From the NCBI GenBank assembly GCA_964501135.1, contig CAZCRI010000001.1, positions 64,393 to 128,392 on the forward strand: a DNA stretch of 64,000 nucleotides, given 5' to 3'. The notes under the pieces are model-generated. The model made no database searches, was not told the DNA's origin, and worked only from the letters and a program-made list of their open reading frames with translations. Made by a program: the position numbers and the translations under genes. Below, in pieces: positions 1 to 9,790 of this stretch (position 1 is the first letter of the stretch; each line of letters begins with the position of its first letter). The stretch is from an uncultured Candidatus Saccharibacteria bacterium. Lineage in GTDB: Bacteria; Patescibacteriota; CPR2; UBA1875; CAIMLA01.

Positions 1-3000
1 GGCACGAAGACGGTTCGAATCAAGCTCTTTGATAAGGCAGGAAACTCGGTGACAAACATCACTGACACGATTTTTCTTGACCTAACTAGCCCTGACAGTA
101 TAAACCCAGTTGCGGCTTACTCGGACTCAGGAATGGTGACACCGATTTCGGAGACCGGTTATAGCAACGGGTGGTATAACCATGCCAACCCATACTTCAA
201 GTTTATTGCTACTGACCAAATTTCAGGTATAAAAGAGTTTCAATACTGCGTATACGGTGAGGATGGAAGCTGTAATTACGGCTTGAAGGCACCACTAACT
301 GCGAGCAAGATCACCGCCGAGGAGGACCCTGACCATTCATATATCGCAGGGACGAGCGTAGCGATGTCTGAGTACGGTGAGGGTATTTTCACTATCAAGG
401 TTGTGGGCTATGACTTTGCTGGGCGGGCCTCTACTGAAGCCAGCTATGTCTATAGTTACGACACCTCTTTGCCAGGGAATGTCTCCAGTCTCGAGGCGTC
501 ACCATCGGTTAACTTGGCGGTAGCAAACAATTCGATTGCAATAAGGTGGCGCAAGATGAATCCCCAGTCTGATATTGCGCCAGTCGAGAAGTATCGTATC
601 GAGCGTATCGAGGCAAATAGTTTCGTCATAAATCAGGTAGACCACACATCGGTGCCGGCCTACAACGGTGACTGGAGCAGTACGACAGGTTACGGTTCCA
701 TAACCTGCCTTGCCGCCGCCCCATACAGCTGTATAGATAAGGACGGCAGTAATATAGGTAACGCGACTTACGATGGTACCTACTTTACCTATACCGAGTA
801 TGCCAACATGCCAGAAAACTCTTCGAATCCATATACAGATTTATCATTAGATCCCTCTACTCGCTACGTCTTCAGGGTTATGGCGAAGGATTATGCCAAT
901 AGTGCTGGTGGAGGACTAACTGACGAAGGTTTTGGCTCCATACCAAACTCACCAGACTACGCTATATATGGCTATACGAAGGACAATGCAGCCCCCGAGC
1001 TGGCACCAACCAACGTTACGGCAGCAGCCTGTGATACTGGAGATGCTACCAACTGCCTAGATGGCGATATTGCTACTTATCGTGGTCATGAGGTGAAAGT
1101 AAGCTGGGACAAGGCGCAGGATAATGTTTCTGGTATTGGTTTTTATTACATATACCGTCACACGGGTGCTAGTACCGAGATGACGGGTTGGTCGATTGTC
1201 GGCAAGGTTGCTGAAGGAGAGAGCTACTACAATGTTTACAAAGCGGCTGATGACACCGTGATTGCAAATGACTATGATGACCCAGCTTCTTGGGTTTTGG
1301 TTGGCGATTTTGACGACCCGAGTAACGACGTCACGAACAGCAGACGGATTTTCTGGGACACCACAGTTACGGATGCCACCAGATATTCCTATCGCATCGT
1401 TGCCTACGACCAGGCAGAGCCAGGAGTACCGAATCATACAGCTATTGCTGCTGATATTTTTTATCTCGACACTACCAATGCCTATCCAGCGGTAGTACCA
1501 AATACTGGAATCCTGGTTCCGGATGTTACGGCGCCAATACTACCTAGTGACTTTAGTGCTAGAAATGGTGGCATTGAATATTCGAAGTCTGGTTGTTTGC
1601 CCTATGTGGACGGTACAGAGTGTCAACAAGCCTCGATAAGCTGGACTCAAACAAATGATAATACTGTTGGCACAGGGATAACCTACAAGCTTTTCCAGTC
1701 TGTTGCTGACACTAGTAGCTTTGTGGAGTTAACAGATGAGGAACAACACTCGACCTCATATGACCCAGAAGATCCTTCGGCACCAAGTCAAGAAGAACTT
1801 CTAGTTTACAACTTTAAGGTTTCTGGGCTGTATGACTTGACCAATTATTACTTTAAGATTCAGGTCTCTGATGGCTTTGGAAACATTGTTGAAAGTGGGC
1901 CGGTAATGATGACGACTGGTAATAGCGCGGCACCAACGGCGCCGGCGAATGTAAATGTGAATAATAACAACTCAAATGTAACTGATGCTGCCCATCAGCT
2001 TTATGTGTTGTTTTCGGGTAGCTATGCACCGAAGTTCAATCAGGCAACAAAGGCGAATGGAATAGTCCGCTACGATGTCTATATGACCCGAACGAACAAA
2101 AACCCCGACGTTGATGGTTCTATCACCCCCGCTGATAACAGCGATGACTGTACTACGGACGAGCTCACTGACGATTGCTGGATTCGTATCAACAATGCGG
2201 GTAGCCCAATTCGAACGGAAAGCTTGGCAACTCCTATCGGTGATGATTTATTAAATCAGTATGGCTTTTTGGCCACAAATTTGCAGGAGGCCTCGGAATA
2301 TTATTTCCGCGTTAGAGCAACTGACAACACAACCCCCGATGCGCTGACAGGGCCGCTCTCAGATATACCAGTGATTTCTGCTAGCACAATACATAATTCG
2401 GGCTGGGACATCACACGTGACTTGACGGCACCGGAGCTGCCTCAGAATGGCTTGGAAGTTCAAGTGAAGGACACCTATCCCAACTCGACAACAATGAGAA
2501 ACATCGTTAACTGGAAGATTCTTGCAGAACAACCCCTGAGACCAAAGCTAGGTTATGAGGAAAGTACAACCGATGGTGGCACCTGTAGCCTGGTTGTAAT
2601 TGACGGGACGAGCTACTGCAATGATTTTTACGCTTACGAAATATATCGTCAAATAAAAGATGCTAACGGTAACATCATCGAGGCATCAACTACCCTTGTT
2701 AGGACAGAGACAGATTCTGAAGCGAACTACTTTATTGATGAAATCAGCAATACAGAGCTGATAGATGGCATGGGAGAAGGGGCCTTGCTTACTGATCAGA
2801 AGATAACCTACTATGTTCAGGTGGTAGATGCTAGTTATGTAAACTTTGGTTATCCTGGCGGAACCCATATCAATGCGAGTGAAAATAAGTCAGCGAAACA
2901 ATATTCAGGGAATACTATCATTCCATCGAAAGCGACCCCGAGTGTAGAAGGAGCCGTTACAATTAGTAATGTTGGAGTAGCTAGCGCCAGCATCAGCTGG

Positions 3001-4572
3001 AATACAGATCAAGACACGGATGCCTTGGTAGAGTTCCGTGAGAAGTATCTGCGAAACGGTGATGGTAGCGTCAATCGGAGCCAGTTAAATACAAACGGTT
3101 CATATATGGTTATCGGGGCAAATACGAATCCTGGTGAGTCTACGGATGTCCAGCAGCACACGGTAAATCTCTTTGGCCTAAGGCCAAATACCCCATACGA
3201 CTATCGGATAGTCTCGCACAACTATCTGGGCAATAATGTTGATACCACAGGTATAACAATGCCAGGGCTAGAAACTATAGGTTTTACAGTAACTCCTGGC
3301 AGTGTGGTGACAACGACAACTGGTGCAACTATTAACTGGACAACAAATCTGGATGCTGACTCTGCCTTTGTAGAGTATCAGATGAACCTCGAGGGGAATG
3401 ATGAACCGCAAGGTAAGACAGTTGGAGTGAATCCGAGTGAAATTGTTAGTAGCCCAAGAGAACACACCGTTGTTATCTCCGGCCTCAAGTCGAATCGCAG
3501 CTATAGCTATAAGATAAAGTCTATCTCTAAGGACGGCTTTGTGGCTGAAGCTGGCTCGACAACCTTTGAAACCAAGACATTTGACACAGCTGCCTTTACC
3601 TTGGCACCTTCATCGTCAAACGTGGATGAGCGAAATATCACAGCAACATCGGCACAAATAGTGTGGCAGACTGCAGTCCCAACGACAAACTGGGTACGCT
3701 ACGGTACCGAAAGTGGCAATTATGCTTACGCAGCTGGAGATAACGGGCTTTCTACTTCTCACGCAGTTAAGATAGATGGACTTATCCCCGGGACAAGCTA
3801 CTTTTATATTATTGACGTCAAGGATGCTAATGATACCCCTTACACTTCTCAGGAGTATACCTTCACAGCAGTCTTAAAGCCAAAGATTAGCAACTTTAAG
3901 GTGGAAGAAACAACCCCTTACGCCTTTACTATAACTTGGGATACCAACATTGATACCGAGACTATGATTAACCTCGGTAAAGATACCGCTTATGGCCAGA
4001 AACGAGGCACCTCGGGGTGGACGAAAGTGCACAAACTTGTCGTTGATGGGCTCGACGACAATACTGAATATCATTTCCAGATAATAGCGAAAGACGAGAC
4101 TGGCTACGAGGTTGCGGACGAAGATAAAATTGTGCGTACTCCGATGGATAGGATTGGGCCAAGGATAACAAGCGTCAAGGTCGATGTCTTGCCTATGGCC
4201 GAAAACGACGCCAATTCCTCGGTTATAATCTCTTGGCAGACTGATAAGCCAGCTACTACCTTGGTCGAATACGACCCCGGTATCATCGGCGGTACCTATA
4301 ATAGTCGTTCGGTAGAAGACAGCGCCTTGAGTGGCTCCCATACTGTTATTGTAAAGGGTCTTACTCCAGCGTCCTCTTACCACTATCGTTTGGTGTCTAG
4401 AGACAAACGGGGGAACGAAACAATCTCTCAGGATTATACTTTTGTGACGCCGAGTAAGGAGAAATCCATATTACAGCTCATTCTGAAGTCGCTTGAGGAA
4501 ACTTTTGCTTGGACCAAGAATCTAAACCAATTTTTCGCTAATATCGGTAAACGCCTGACTGGTAAGAGTTAA
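1..4572 (+). CDS. Giant secreted/surface protein with tandem fibronectin type III-like (PAP N-terminal-like) repeats; 5' end runs off the window
   Basis: The reading frame is open from base 1, with no in-frame stop upstream of the GTG at 49. The ORF is >1500 aa and rich in Thr, Ser, Asn and Tyr. Repeating ~100-aa modules carry W..T / SW.T and Y.YRIVS / YHYRLVS motifs typical of FN3 beta-sandwich repeats. There is no C-terminal anchor. Confidence 0.7.
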   Translation, partial: GTKTVRIKLFDKAGNSVTNITDTIFLDLTSPDSINPVAAYSDSGMVTPISETGYSNGWYNHANPYFKFIATDQISGIKEFQYCVYGEDGSCNYGLKAPLTASKITAEEDPDHSYIAGTSVAMSEYGEGIFTIKVVGYDFAGRASTEASYVYSYDTSLPGNVSSLEASPSVNLAVANNSIAIRWRKMNPQSDIAPVEKYRIERIEANSFVINQVDHTSVPAYNGDWSSTTGYGSITCLAAAPYSCIDKDGSNIGNATYDGTYFTYTEYANMPENSSNPYTDLSLDPSTRYVFRVMAKDYANSAGGGLTDEGFGSIPNSPDYAIYGYTKDNAAPELAPTNVTAAACDTGDATNCLDGDIATYRGHEVKVSWDKAQDNVSGIGFYYIYRHTGASTEMTGWSIVGKVAEGESYYNVYKAADDTVIANDYDDPASWVLVGDFDDPSNDVTNSRRIFWDTTVTDATRYSYRIVAYDQAEPGVPNHTAIAADIFYLDTTNAYPAVVPNTGILVPDVTAPILPSDFSARNGGIEYSKSGCLPYVDGTECQQASISWTQTNDNTVGTGITYKLFQSVADTSSFVELTDEEQHSTSYDPEDPSAPSQEELLVYNFKVSGLYDLTNYYFKIQVSDGFGNIVESGPVMMTTGNSAAPTAPANVNVNNNNSNVTDAAHQLYVLFSGSYAPKFNQATKANGIVRYDVYMTRTNKNPDVDGSITPADNSDDCTTDELTDDCWIRINNAGSPIRTESLATPIGDDLLNQYGFLATNLQEASEYYFRVRATDNTTPDALTGPLSDIPVISASTIHNSGWDITRDLTAPELPQNGLEVQVKDTYPNSTTMRNIVNWKILAEQPLRPKLGYEESTTDGGTCSLVVIDGTSYCNDFYAYEIYRQIKDANGNIIEASTTLVRTETDSEANYFIDEISNTELIDGMGEGALLTDQKITYYVQVVDASYVNFGYPGGTHINASENKSAKQYSGNTIIPSKATPSVEGAVTISNVGVASASISWNTDQDTDALVEFREKYLRNGDGSVNRSQLNTNGSYMVIGANTNPGESTDVQQHTVNLFGLRPNTPYDYRIVSHNYLGNNVDTTGITMPGLETIGFTVTPGSVVTTTTGATINWTTNLDADSAFVEYQMNLEGNDEPQGKTVGVNPSEIVSSPREHTVVISGLKSNRSYSYKIKSISKDGFVAEAGSTTFETKTFDTAAFTLAPSSSNVDERNITATSAQIVWQTAVPTTNWVRYGTESGNYAYAAGDNGLSTSHAVKIDGLIPGTSYFYIIDVKDANDTPYTSQEYTFTAVLKPKISNFKVEETTPYAFTITWDTNIDTETMINLGKDTAYGQKRGTSGWTKVHKLVVDGLDDNTEYHFQIIAKDETGYEVADEDKIVRTPMDRIGPRITSVKVDVLPMAENDANSSVIISWQTDKPATTLVEYDPGIIGGTYNSRSVEDSALSGSHTVIVKGLTPASSYHYRLVSRDKRGNETISQDYTFVTPSKEKSILQLILKSLEETFAWTKNLNQFFANIGKRLTGKS

Positions 4573-4606
4573 GGGCTAGAATGCAGAGCATGACTGCTTT
4601 ATACTA

Positions 4607-5056
4607 GTGCTTATGCGAATCACTAAACAAGAAATAAAAAATAACGAGATTTCGGCGCGGAAATACCTGGAAGAGTATGGGATCAACGACGACTTGGTCT
4701 TTGACCATTTCGGTCTGCAATCGCTCAGCAGCGACGAATACTGGGAGCTCAAGAATTACTTTATCATTCGAGGTAAGTTCGAGGGCGAGATTCACTTCCA
4801 TGATAGACGTTTAGGTAGATTCACTCTCGGCGAAGATAAAGACAAAATGGAACTCATCGAGCCGCATCCGGGGCAAGTGTTTATGCAGTATGACTGTTTT
4901 GTCGAGCATGTGGCCTTTCGCGTCAAGGATATCGATGCTATAGCCAAGCAGTTTAAGGATAAAATACTCTCTACCTTTAATATAGAAGGGACCCGTGGAT
5001 TTAAGATCCAGGGCCCCGGAATTCTACTGATTGAGTTTCGGAATAACGAATTCTAG
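4607..5056 (+). CDS. Hypothetical protein, possibly a VOC/glyoxalase-fold (YecM-like) domain
   Basis: 149-aa ORF. The motif HVAFRVKDIDAI resembles VOC-family metal-binding strands. The assignment is weak. Confidence 0.3.
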   Translation: MLMRITKQEIKNNEISARKYLEEYGINDDLVFDHFGLQSLSSDEYWELKNYFIIRGKFEGEIHFHDRRLGRFTLGEDKDKMELIEPHPGQVFMQYDCFVEHVAFRVKDIDAIAKQFKDKILSTFNIEGTRGFKIQGPGILLIEFRNNEF

Positions 5057-6136
5057 CTAAACGTTGAACTTAAATATCATTACATCGCCATCGGTAGCTA
5101 TGTATTCTTTGCCCTCGAGGCGTACTTTACCGGCGGCTTTGGCGCCAGTCCAGCCCTTGTTCGCTACTAGGTCTTTGTAATTTACGACTTCTGCCTTGAT
5201 AAAACCACGTTCAAAGTCACCATGAATGACACCTGCTGCCTGTGGTGCAGTGGAGCCTTTCTTGATGGTCCAAGCGCGCGTTTCCTTTTCACCCGCAGTG
5301 AAGTAGGTCTGAAGACCCAGGAGATCAAACCCCTTTTTTACCAAGGTATCTAATCCTGGTTCATCTTGGCCTAACTCTGCTAGGTATTCTTGTTTTTCTT
5401 CATCCGAAAGCTCATTGAGCTCAGATTCAATCTTGGCAGAAATAAAGACGACGCTTTTTTCATCCAATCCAGTCTGCTTGATAATTTCAGCGGTATTCGC
5501 AAGGTGTTTTTCGTCGCCGTTTAGAATGTAGAGATGAGGTTTGGCACTGAGTAAGTTTAGGTCCTTTATGGCCTCCTGCTCTTTCTCGGTAAGGGTAAGG
5601 TCACGAACTGGCGTACCAGCATCAAGTGCGGCAGCAACCTTCTTGACTGCGGCTGCCACATCGCTCATTTTGGGATTTGCACGGACCTCCTTCTCGAGTT
5701 TTTGCATTCGCTTGATTACTGTTTCAATGTCAGCGAGAATCAGCTCCATTTTGATGGTTTCAATATCGGAGACTGGATTAATTTCTCCTGCAACGTGAAG
5801 AACATTAGTATCTTCAAAAACCCTGACCACCTCGGCGACGGCGTCACACTCGCGAATGTTAGAGAGGAACTTGTTTCCTAGTCCCTCGCCCTCAGAGGCG
5901 CCCTTTACGATACCCGCTATGTCTATGAATTCTACGATAGCTGGAACAATTACCTTTGTCGGGATGGAGTCTGCAATTAATTTTAGGCGCGCATCTGGAA
6001 CTGGCACAATCCCCACATTGGGATCAATCGTACAGAAAGGATAATTCTGTGCCTCTACCTGGTTTTTTGTAATGGCATTGAAAAGCGTACTTTTGCCGAC
6101 ATTCGGTAGGCCGACGATTCCGATAGATAGTCCCAT
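5057..6136 (-). CDS. ychF: Ribosome-binding ATPase YchF (Obg-family GTPase)
   Basis: N-terminal G1 motif GxxxxGKST, a C-terminal TGS domain, and the conserved sequence [23 protein letters not shown]. Confidence 0.9.
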   Translation of the reverse strand: MGLSIGIVGLPNVGKSTLFNAITKNQVEAQNYPFCTIDPNVGIVPVPDARLKLIADSIPTKVIVPAIVEFIDIAGIVKGASEGEGLGNKFLSNIRECDAVAEVVRVFEDTNVLHVAGEINPVSDIETIKMELILADIETVIKRMQKLEKEVRANPKMSDVAAAVKKVAAALDAGTPVRDLTLTEKEQEAIKDLNLLSAKPHLYILNGDEKHLANTAEIIKQTGLDEKSVVFISAKIESELNELSDEEKQEYLAELGQDEPGLDTLVKKGFDLLGLQTYFTAGEKETRAWTIKKGSTAPQAAGVIHGDFERGFIKAEVVNYKDLVANKGWTGAKAAGKVRLEGKEYIATDGDVMIFKFNV

Positions 6137-6268
6137 GTTACTCCTGTCATCCTGAGGAGCCAGGCTAGAGCCTGACGACGTGAGGATCTTCTAATAAACA
6201 AGCTGTATTTTAGCATCTAGATAAGGAAAATGGTAGAGTGGGGAGTATCATAGAGCTGTTCAATCTGA

Positions 6269-6278
6269 TGCGGCCGCA
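6269..6278. promoter_or_regulatory. Perfect 10-bp palindrome TGCGGCCGCA ~65 bp upstream of the promoter, a candidate operator
   Basis: The identical palindrome is present upstream of both paralogous promoters (here and at 9661-9670). Confidence 0.35.
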
Positions 6279-6339
6279 CAAGATTAGACTGTTTTGTTCG
6301 TAATGTTTGTAGATTATCTCCAATATTCAGCATAAGCTA

Positions 6340-6367
6340 TTGGCAAAGCACCCCCACAGTGTACAAT
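6340..6367 (+). promoter_or_regulatory. Sigma70-like promoter TTGGCA-16 nt-TACAAT
   Basis: -35 and -10 hexamers with a 16-nt spacer ~30 nt upstream of the ATG at 6398. The same architecture is duplicated at 9734-9761. Confidence 0.5.
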
Positions 6368-6397
6368 AATAGTAGATTAATATTTGGCGGGGGGTAT

Positions 6398-9307
6398 ATG
6401 GCTAATGAAAACGGACCTATAGGCGGTTTCGCCGCTTTTGGGGGTAAGTACTCGAAGATTGTAACAAGCGTTTTGGGGGTCATTGTATTCACCGCGATTT
6501 TTATTGGACTGTATCTTTATCTTTTCAGTCCAATAGCAACGGTTAACGGTGAGCAAATTACTAAAAATCAGTTTACCAAAGAAACTGAAAACTATAACAA
6601 AATGGCTGCATTTATGGGGAACAGCGATTATTCAAAGTTTTCCACTATACGCGATTCTTTAGTAGAGCGAAAGCTAATCGATATTGCAGCCAGTAAATAT
6701 GGAATAAGTGTTTCTGAGGAAGATATTGCTGAGGAAGTAAAAAGCCAGGAAGACTCTTTTAAGAATGATAAGGTTGATTATAAGGATGCTTACGCGACCG
6801 CATATGGCCTTGACGGCGATGAGCTTACGACCGTTCTCAAATATAAACTCTTAAAAGAGAGGCTGGTTGATAAAGTTATCAAGCGCAAAGAAGGCAGACT
6901 GATTTATGCGAGGTTTAATCCTAATAATGGCGTCGAACAACTGCTTGGTGTCAAGGCTGCAGACCTAGATTCGAACGCTAAATCAATCATCACTAAATGG
7001 AAAAGCGAGCTAGACACTGGTGTTAGTTTTGATGAACTGTATAATCAAATCCAAAAGGATAATAAATACCCGGCGTATTACGGTGATACTTTTACATATG
7101 ATATACAGAGAGACAAAGTACCAGGTGAAGATGAAGCAATACTGGCGACCTCAGTTGGAGAATATAGTGATATTGCCAAAACAAAGACTTACTATGCTAT
7201 TTATTTTATAGATCAGGGCAGCAATGGAGAATACGATAAGTGGGAAGATTTTATTAAAGATTACTCGGCCAAGTATGTCAAATATCCCCTTATAAGCTAC
7301 AAGAAGTCATCGGCAATAAAAGTAGGTATTAATGCCGTTAAAAGTGAGATGCAGATACTTGCTCATGAGTTATTTGGTCTAAATATTGCATTTGCTGGGT
7401 GTGATGATTGTGCTGGATGTACTGGTGCAAAGGTAAAGGGGACGGTAAAGGATACACTTGGCAATGCACTAAGTGGTGTTTCTATGAGCGGCACATCAAA
7501 TAGTAGTGATTTTTGTTCAGGATCCACTTCTAGCTCAAAGGTCGCTTATTGTGGGTATAGAACCGACTCGGATTCTACGAGCAGTACGGGCGGCTATAGC
7601 ATGGGTAATAATGATGGGAAAAGCTGCCGATTTAATTGTGCTGGGGGAACTGTTGCAGTAAAGGCTTCTGTTTCTAAATACACTGATGATACGAAAACTG
7701 TTACTGTAACGAACGGTAGTACGAAGGATGTCGATTTTGAGTTGACCCCTGCATCATACACCTTAACAGTCATAGTTAAGGGCACCGGTACTGGTCCAGT
7801 AAAGTCACCTAGTGGCGGTATAGTTTGCAAAAAGGGAGATTCTTCCACTTCTGATGGCTGTACTGCAAAATATACTTATAACATTGCATCGGACAATGTA
7901 TATACAACCCTTACGGCATATCCAGATTCTGGTTCGGTGTTTGTTAGTTGGAGTGGAGGTGGTTGTAGTGGTAATGGTACCTGTCAACCGAATGTAGATA
8001 ATAATGTTACGGTTACGGCTACGATTGACCTTGCATCTTACACTATCACTCCATATGCCGAAACAGGCTGCTCTTTCGTCTCGAATACAAATGCCGCAGA
8101 ATCTGTCAGCTACGGAGGTTCGTCGAGTTGGTACTGGGGCCAGTCTGATGCAGGTCATAAGTTTATGGGATTCTCGGTTGACGGTGGACCCATCGTCGCA
8201 GGAAATGTAGCAGGTCAGTCTACAGTCTACCAGTTTACGTCTGTGATTACTTCTCATACCCTTCTGATTAAATGCACACCAATCACCTACGGCGTCACCG
8301 TTTCGAAGGCTGGCACTGGTACTGGTAGTATCTCGTTGAGCACTGGAACTTTGATTTCGGGAAGCCTTACAGGCTCTACCTTCCCACGCTCTGGAGTAGT
8401 AGGACATGGAACTACCTTGGGGATTTCGGCAATTCCAAACGCCACGTCGAGGGCTAGCTGGTCGGGCAACTGTAGTGGTTCTTCGACGGTTGCCGGGGCT
8501 ACAGTGGTAACCTCGCTCGCAAATATTATAGCTAACAAGACGTGTGTAATTACATTTGATCTGGTTGGAACGGTGAGTCCTGTGGTAGAGCTGATTTCTC
8601 CAAGTCCAACCGAGAACCCAGTGGATACCAATGGCGCAGTAATCCTTGCTACAAACTACACGAAGCTTGAAGCTAGACTCAGGATTCCTGGATATGTGTC
8701 AGCTAGCGGAGGAACTGCGAAGCTTGGGATTACTTATGCCGAGAATAAAGTAGGTGGTATCGCCAAGACAGTACAGGGGAGCGTAACAGGTCTCTCTTCG
8801 GAAGGTGCGATTAGCTTGATAGTTGACGCCAGCGATTTAGTAGCTGGACAGGTATATATCTGGGACGCATTTGGTCAGGTTGTTGACGGAAGTCCTCAGG
8901 GTACCAACGGATTTAGCGTTTCGAAAGATGAAGTAGAGAGCGCAGAACAATGGAAATTCATCTATCGAGTAGGAGGCACCGAAGGTGGCGGTGGCGGGGA
9001 AGTCGAAAACTTCTCATGCAAGGTAGTTCCTAGCAGCGGTACCACAGGGCTACCAGTAGGAATCTCAATCAATGGAGCCCCGGTTGAAACTACCACATAC
9101 GTAGTGACTACTGGCGACGGTAATACATTCGATGTCTTAGGGAAAGACTTGCCGTACTACTACAGCTATGACACAGTCGGATCATACACTGTTGGGGTGG
9201 CTCTCAAGACTGGGACTGCCTCTGGCTTGCCTTGTTCCACGACCATTCAGGTTAACGCGGGCACCGATGGGGGTGGCGGCAGCGAAGTATTAACGAACCA
9301 GAATTGA
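6398..9307 (+). CDS. Fused surface protein: N-terminal signal anchor plus SurA_N/PrsA-like chaperone module (degenerate parvulin), then a Cys-containing divergent InlB B-repeat region and a shared C-terminal module
   Basis: The start is the ATG at 6398, after a G-rich RBS. The N-terminal TM segment and the ATVNGEQITKNQF motif are typical of SurA/PrsA/PpiD N-domains. Later YTLTVIVKGTGTGPV...C repeats have the pattern W.G.C.G. The last ~310 aa are identical to the C-terminus of the 10780-12897 protein. Confidence 0.7.
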   Translation: MANENGPIGGFAAFGGKYSKIVTSVLGVIVFTAIFIGLYLYLFSPIATVNGEQITKNQFTKETENYNKMAAFMGNSDYSKFSTIRDSLVERKLIDIAASKYGISVSEEDIAEEVKSQEDSFKNDKVDYKDAYATAYGLDGDELTTVLKYKLLKERLVDKVIKRKEGRLIYARFNPNNGVEQLLGVKAADLDSNAKSIITKWKSELDTGVSFDELYNQIQKDNKYPAYYGDTFTYDIQRDKVPGEDEAILATSVGEYSDIAKTKTYYAIYFIDQGSNGEYDKWEDFIKDYSAKYVKYPLISYKKSSAIKVGINAVKSEMQILAHELFGLNIAFAGCDDCAGCTGAKVKGTVKDTLGNALSGVSMSGTSNSSDFCSGSTSSSKVAYCGYRTDSDSTSSTGGYSMGNNDGKSCRFNCAGGTVAVKASVSKYTDDTKTVTVTNGSTKDVDFELTPASYTLTVIVKGTGTGPVKSPSGGIVCKKGDSSTSDGCTAKYTYNIASDNVYTTLTAYPDSGSVFVSWSGGGCSGNGTCQPNVDNNVTVTATIDLASYTITPYAETGCSFVSNTNAAESVSYGGSSSWYWGQSDAGHKFMGFSVDGGPIVAGNVAGQSTVYQFTSVITSHTLLIKCTPITYGVTVSKAGTGTGSISLSTGTLISGSLTGSTFPRSGVVGHGTTLGISAIPNATSRASWSGNCSGSSTVAGATVVTSLANIIANKTCVITFDLVGTVSPVVELISPSPTENPVDTNGAVILATNYTKLEARLRIPGYVSASGGTAKLGITYAENKVGGIAKTVQGSVTGLSSEGAISLIVDASDLVAGQVYIWDAFGQVVDGSPQGTNGFSVSKDEVESAEQWKFIYRVGGTEGGGGGEVENFSCKVVPSSGTTGLPVGISINGAPVETTTYVVTTGDGNTFDVLGKDLPYYYSYDTVGSYTVGVALKTGTASGLPCSTTIQVNAGTDGGGGSEVLTNQN

Positions 9308-9587
9308 TTATTCCAAAGGAGATAGTAGGCATGAAGAATATATCGTTAAAATGGGTAATTATTGGGAGCTTGGTACTTTTGGTTATTGCCGCCGCTGGGG
9401 TAGCGACCTATGTTTGGACAAATGGCGAGCTGAAAGCGAAAAATACAACCACCACGACCACCAAGGCAACCACGAAGAAACTGAAAACAAATACTTCAAA
9501 GGTGGAGTCAACGAATACAGTAACAGTACCAGCAACTGCAGTGGATGCCAGTGGTGACGTCGACCTTTCAAAACTAAGGTAGGCAGC
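8381..9587 (+). repeat. 1.2-kb direct repeat, copy 1, 100% identical to 11971-13177
   Basis: Direct sequence comparison shows identity starting at TTCCCACGCTCTGGAGTAGTAGG and ending at AAACTAAGGTAGGCAGC. The flanks diverge to ~75% identity on the 5' side and are unrelated on the 3' side. Confidence 0.85.
9331..9582 (+). CDS. Small single-pass membrane protein with a Thr/Lys-rich tail (copy 1)
   Basis: AAGGAG RBS 8 nt upstream of the ATG at 9331. Hydrophobic helix IIGSLVLLVIAAAGVATYVW. Identical to 12921-13172. Confidence 0.45.
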   Translation: MKNISLKWVIIGSLVLLVIAAAGVATYVWTNGELKAKNTTTTTTKATTKKLKTNTSKVESTNTVTVPATAVDASGDVDLSKLR

Positions 9588-9651
9588 TTGTGGTCAAGTG
9601 TCTTAATGTAGATGCAGTATTTGTCTATAGATTTAAGGTTTTGGATTACGC

Positions 9652-9679
9652 CTAATCCTATGCGGCCGCACAGGATTAG
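9652..9679. promoter_or_regulatory. Hairpin/palindrome CTAATCCT-aTGCGGCCGCAc-AGGATTAG upstream of the promoter
   Basis: The TGCGGCCGCA palindrome is nested in an 8-bp inverted repeat. Copy A has a shorter flanking inverted repeat (AATCT/AGATT). Confidence 0.35.
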
Positions 9680-9733
9680 ACTGTTTTATTCGTAAGGTTA
9701 GTAGATTATCCCCAATATTCAGCTAAAAAGCTA

Positions 9734-9761
9734 TTGTCAAAGCATCTTGTCAGTGTACAAT
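9734..9761 (+). promoter_or_regulatory. Sigma70-like promoter TTGTCA-16 nt-TACAAT
   Basis: Paralogous to 6340-6367. Confidence 0.5.
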
Positions 9762-9790
9762 ATTAGTAGATTAATATTGGCGGGGGGTAT

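Larger units (their letters stand above)
6255..6470 (+). repeat. Diverged 5' duplicated block (palindrome, promoter, leader and the first ~25 codons), copy A of 2
   Basis: ~85-90% nucleotide identity to 9647-9862. It includes TGCGGCCGCA, TTGNCA-16-TACAAT, the GGCGGGGGGTAT ATG start context and the MANEN(G/E)PIGGFAAF N-terminus. Confidence 0.6.

Noticed and set aside
1057-4383. Minus-strand ORFs nested inside the giant FN3 gene (1057-1437, 3874-4383 and others).
   Set aside because: They are embedded antisense in a strongly supported coding frame. They have no independent signals.
4607-5056. Assigning the 149-aa protein firmly to glyoxalase I.
   Set aside because: Only one weak motif resemblance. 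It is kept as a low-confidence hypothetical.
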